In this document: piece after piece, positions 25,088-27,294 of the stretch | Layout: every line of letters begins with the position of its first letter | Numbering within the stretch: position 1 is the stretch's first letter | DNA from: Clostridiales bacterium | Lineage (GTDB): Bacteria > Bacillota > Clostridia > Peptostreptococcales > Anaerovoracaceae | Assembly (NCBI GenBank): GCA_012515135.1 | Contig: JAAYYX010000185.1 | Span: forward strand, 1 to 27,294 | Direction: 5' to 3' | Length of the DNA stretch: 27,294 nucleotides | Made by a program: the position numbers and the translations under genes | The notes under the pieces: generated by a model | What the model saw: the letters and a program-made list of their open reading frames with translations, nothing else | What the model was told of the DNA's origin: nothing | Database searches by the model: none

Positions 25088-25765
25088 ATGAAAGATAAAA
25101 TGACCATTTTTACAAAAGGAATAATAAAAGAAAATCCTGTTTTGGTCCTACTGCTTGGCATGTGCCCTACCCTGGCCGTTACCACCAGCGCCATAAACGG
25201 TCTTGGAATGGGATTGTCTGTAATAGTTGTTCTTACATGCTCAAATATTGTAATATCTCTTCTCAAAAAAGCTATACCCGGAAAAGTAAGAGTCCCCGGT
25301 TATATTGTGGTGATAGCAGGTTTCGTTACAGTGGTACAATTGCTTTTAAAAGCTTATCTTCCGGAACTGGATGAGTCTTTGGGATTATTTATTCCGCTTA
25401 TTGTAGTAAACTGTATAATACTGGGAAGAGCAGAGATGTTTGCCAGCAAGAATCCAATAGTGGATTCTATGCTTGACGGTCTTGGTATGGGTATTGGATT
25501 TACCATGGCCCTGGGACTTATCGGACTGATAAGAGAATTTTTCGGTGCCGGTACAGCATTTGGCATACAGCTTGGGACTGAGATAACACCAATGGGGATA
25601 TTTATGCTGGCCCCGGGAGGATTCTTTGTCTTGGCTATGATAATAGCTTTAATAAACTGGCTGTCAAAGGGAAGGGCAATAAAAAAGAAGGAGATCGGCT
25701 GCGATGTATGTCCTATGATAGGCACATGCAGTGGCATATGTGAAAAAGAGGAGGCGGGAGCATAA
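25088..25765 (+). CDS. rnfE: Rnf complex subunit E
   Basis: ENPVLVLLLGMCPTLAVT, FIPLIVVNCIILGRAE, APGGF motifs; ATG 25088 (alternative GTG 25079). Confidence 0.95.
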   Translation: MKDKMTIFTKGIIKENPVLVLLLGMCPTLAVTTSAINGLGMGLSVIVVLTCSNIVISLLKKAIPGKVRVPGYIVVIAGFVTVVQLLLKAYLPELDESLGLFIPLIVVNCIILGRAEMFASKNPIVDSMLDGLGMGIGFTMALGLIGLIREFFGAGTAFGIQLGTEITPMGIFMLAPGGFFVLAMIIALINWLSKGRAIKKKEIGCDVCPMIGTCSGICEKEEAGA

Positions 25766-25766
25766 A

Positions 25767-26360
25767 ATGGAACAGATAATCATTATTATGATGAGCGTAA
25801 TACTGGTGGATAATTTTGTACTTTCTCAGTTCCTGGGGGTATGTCCATTCCTGGGTGTTTCCAAAAAGCTTGATTCCGCCAGAGGTATGGGAATGGCTGT
25901 GACTTTTGTAATGACACTGGCCACGGCAGCAACGTGGCCCATACAGAATTTTCTTTTGGAACCCTATGGTATCGGCTATCTGCAGACACTGGTTTTTATA
26001 CTGGTGATAGCATCTCTGGTGCAGCTGGTGGAAGTTGTTTTGAAGAAGCATGTGCCGACCCTTTACAAATCCCTGGGCATTTTTCTTCCGCTCATAACCA
26101 CAAACTGTGCTGTTCTGGCAGTAACTATAATGAATATAGATGAGGGGTACACATATGCCCAGGCCATTTTCAATGCCCTTGGCGCAGGACTGGGCTTCCT
26201 GCTGGCAATGGTACTTTTCGCGGGACTGAGACAAAAGCTCGAAGACAGCAAAATGGTCCCGGCCCCCTTCAGAGGGATACCGATAACACTTATAACAGCT
26301 TCGATCCTATCGCTTTCCTTTATGGGATTCGGTGGTATAGTCGATGGTATATTTGCTTAG
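25767..26360 (+). CDS. rnfA: Rnf complex subunit A (197 aa)
   Basis: NFVLSQFLGVCPFLGVS, FLPLITTNCAVL, FRGIPITLITA motifs; ATG 25767 behind GGAGGCGGGAG. Confidence 0.95.
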   Translation: MEQIIIIMMSVILVDNFVLSQFLGVCPFLGVSKKLDSARGMGMAVTFVMTLATAATWPIQNFLLEPYGIGYLQTLVFILVIASLVQLVEVVLKKHVPTLYKSLGIFLPLITTNCAVLAVTIMNIDEGYTYAQAIFNALGAGLGFLLAMVLFAGLRQKLEDSKMVPAPFRGIPITLITASILSLSFMGFGGIVDGIFA

Positions 26361-26372
26361 GAAGGAGACATC

Positions 26373-27182
26373 ATGGATATAGTAATACCGGTATTAATAG
26401 TTGCGGTAATAGGCCTGATAGCAGGAATAGTCCTGACTGTGGCGGCAAAACTCATGCATGTTTCTGTTAATGAAAAAGTTGAACAGATAAGAGACGAGCT
26501 TCCCGGTGCCAACTGCGGAGCCTGTGGATTTGCCGGATGCGATGACTATGCCAGTGCTTTGGTCACGAAAGAAGGGGTAAGCACTTCAGCCTGTCCCGTT
26601 GGCGGGGCCTATCTTTCCATAGCAATAGCCAGGATACTGGGTGTTGAATCCGAGACTGCAGAACCGAAAATCGCTACTGTACTTTGCAGAGGCAGTTCGG
26701 ATGCCATAAGAAGAGTTATGAAGCATGACAAAGAATGGAGCTGCAGAGCGGCCACCCAGCTTTACGGCGGACAAATGGAGTGCAGATACGGCTGCTTGGG
26801 CCTTGGTGACTGTGTTCAGGCATGTCCTCACGATGCGATCAAAATAGTGAACAGGCTGGCGGTGGTGGACAAAGAAGCATGTGTCGGCTGCGGGCTTTGT
26901 GAAAAAGCTTGTCCTAAAAACGTGATAGAAATGAGAGAAGAAAGCAAGAGGATATATATCGCCTGCAAATCACTGGACACGGGTCTTTTTACCATGAAAG
27001 CCTGTGAAGAAGGATGCATTGGCTGTAAAAGGTGTGTCGATGTCTGCAGGTTCGATGCAATAAAAGTTGAAAACAATCTGGCAAAAATAGACTATGATAA
27101 ATGTAAGATGTGCGGCATGTGTGTAAAGGAATGCATAACGGGGGCCATAATAGATCTGAGAAAAAAACAAAAGAAACAATAG
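26373..27182 (+). CDS. rnfB: Rnf complex subunit B (polyferredoxin, 269 aa)
   Basis: N-terminal TM anchor, LPGANCGACGFAGC, CRYGCLGLGDC..ACP, CVGCGLCEKACP, CIGCKRC, CKMCGMC; RBS GAAGGAGA. Confidence 0.95.
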   Translation: MDIVIPVLIVAVIGLIAGIVLTVAAKLMHVSVNEKVEQIRDELPGANCGACGFAGCDDYASALVTKEGVSTSACPVGGAYLSIAIARILGVESETAEPKIATVLCRGSSDAIRRVMKHDKEWSCRAATQLYGGQMECRYGCLGLGDCVQACPHDAIKIVNRLAVVDKEACVGCGLCEKACPKNVIEMREESKRIYIACKSLDTGLFTMKACEEGCIGCKRCVDVCRFDAIKVENNLAKIDYDKCKMCGMCVKECITGAIIDLRKKQKKQ

Positions 27183-27240
27183 AAAAAATCAAAGGCGGCG
27201 GCATCAGGTCAAGGCACCATCATAAAAGCAGCATGGGAAC

Positions 27241-27288
27241 AAAAGGATCAGTTTACGGGAATAAAGGGAAACTGACCCTTTTTATTAT
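27241..27288 (+). terminator. Putative intrinsic terminator of the rnf operon
   Basis: AAAAGG-A-TCAGTTT (27241-27254) pairs with AAACTGA-C-CCTTTT (27269-27282), followed by T/ATT tract. An alternative short AAAGGG/CCCTTT stem is also possible. Confidence 0.65.
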
Positions 27289-27294
27289 TATATA

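Noticed and set aside
1-27294. Genome-wide stop-codon reassignment, selenocysteine, CRISPR, IS elements, tRNA/rRNA, parS
   Set aside because: All conserved genes are intact under the standard code with no internal TGA/TAG. I saw no repeat-spacer array, transposase, structural RNA gene or TGTTTCACGTGAAACA site.

Overview
A gene-dense, AT-biased chromosomal window from an anaerobic Firmicute (Clostridia-like; inferred from the T-box, sigma-A promoters and gene order). All real genes are on the + strand. It has four parts. (1) The 3' end of a truncated membrane/heptad-repeat-type gene. (2) A valine T-box leader followed by a 12-gene, almost fully overlapping housekeeping run: valS-folC-lipid kinase-GNAT-plsX-rnc-smc-ftsY-der-plsY-gpsA-miaB. 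(3) A complete six-gene Ech energy-converting [NiFe]-hydrogenase operon (echABCDEF) with its own promoter and terminator. (4) Directly after it, a complete rnfCDGEAB operon with a terminator. No mobile elements, CRISPR arrays, rRNA or tRNA genes were seen. The most interesting signals are the back-to-back Ech+Rnf respiratory block, an EchF with a duplicated ferredoxin domain (four 4Fe-4S motifs), a motif-rich ech-rnf intergenic region (Rex-like box, 10-bp-period direct repeat, structured leader), and an atypical Val T-box (GUU specifier, no Stem II). All calls come from reading motifs by eye; no database search was run.
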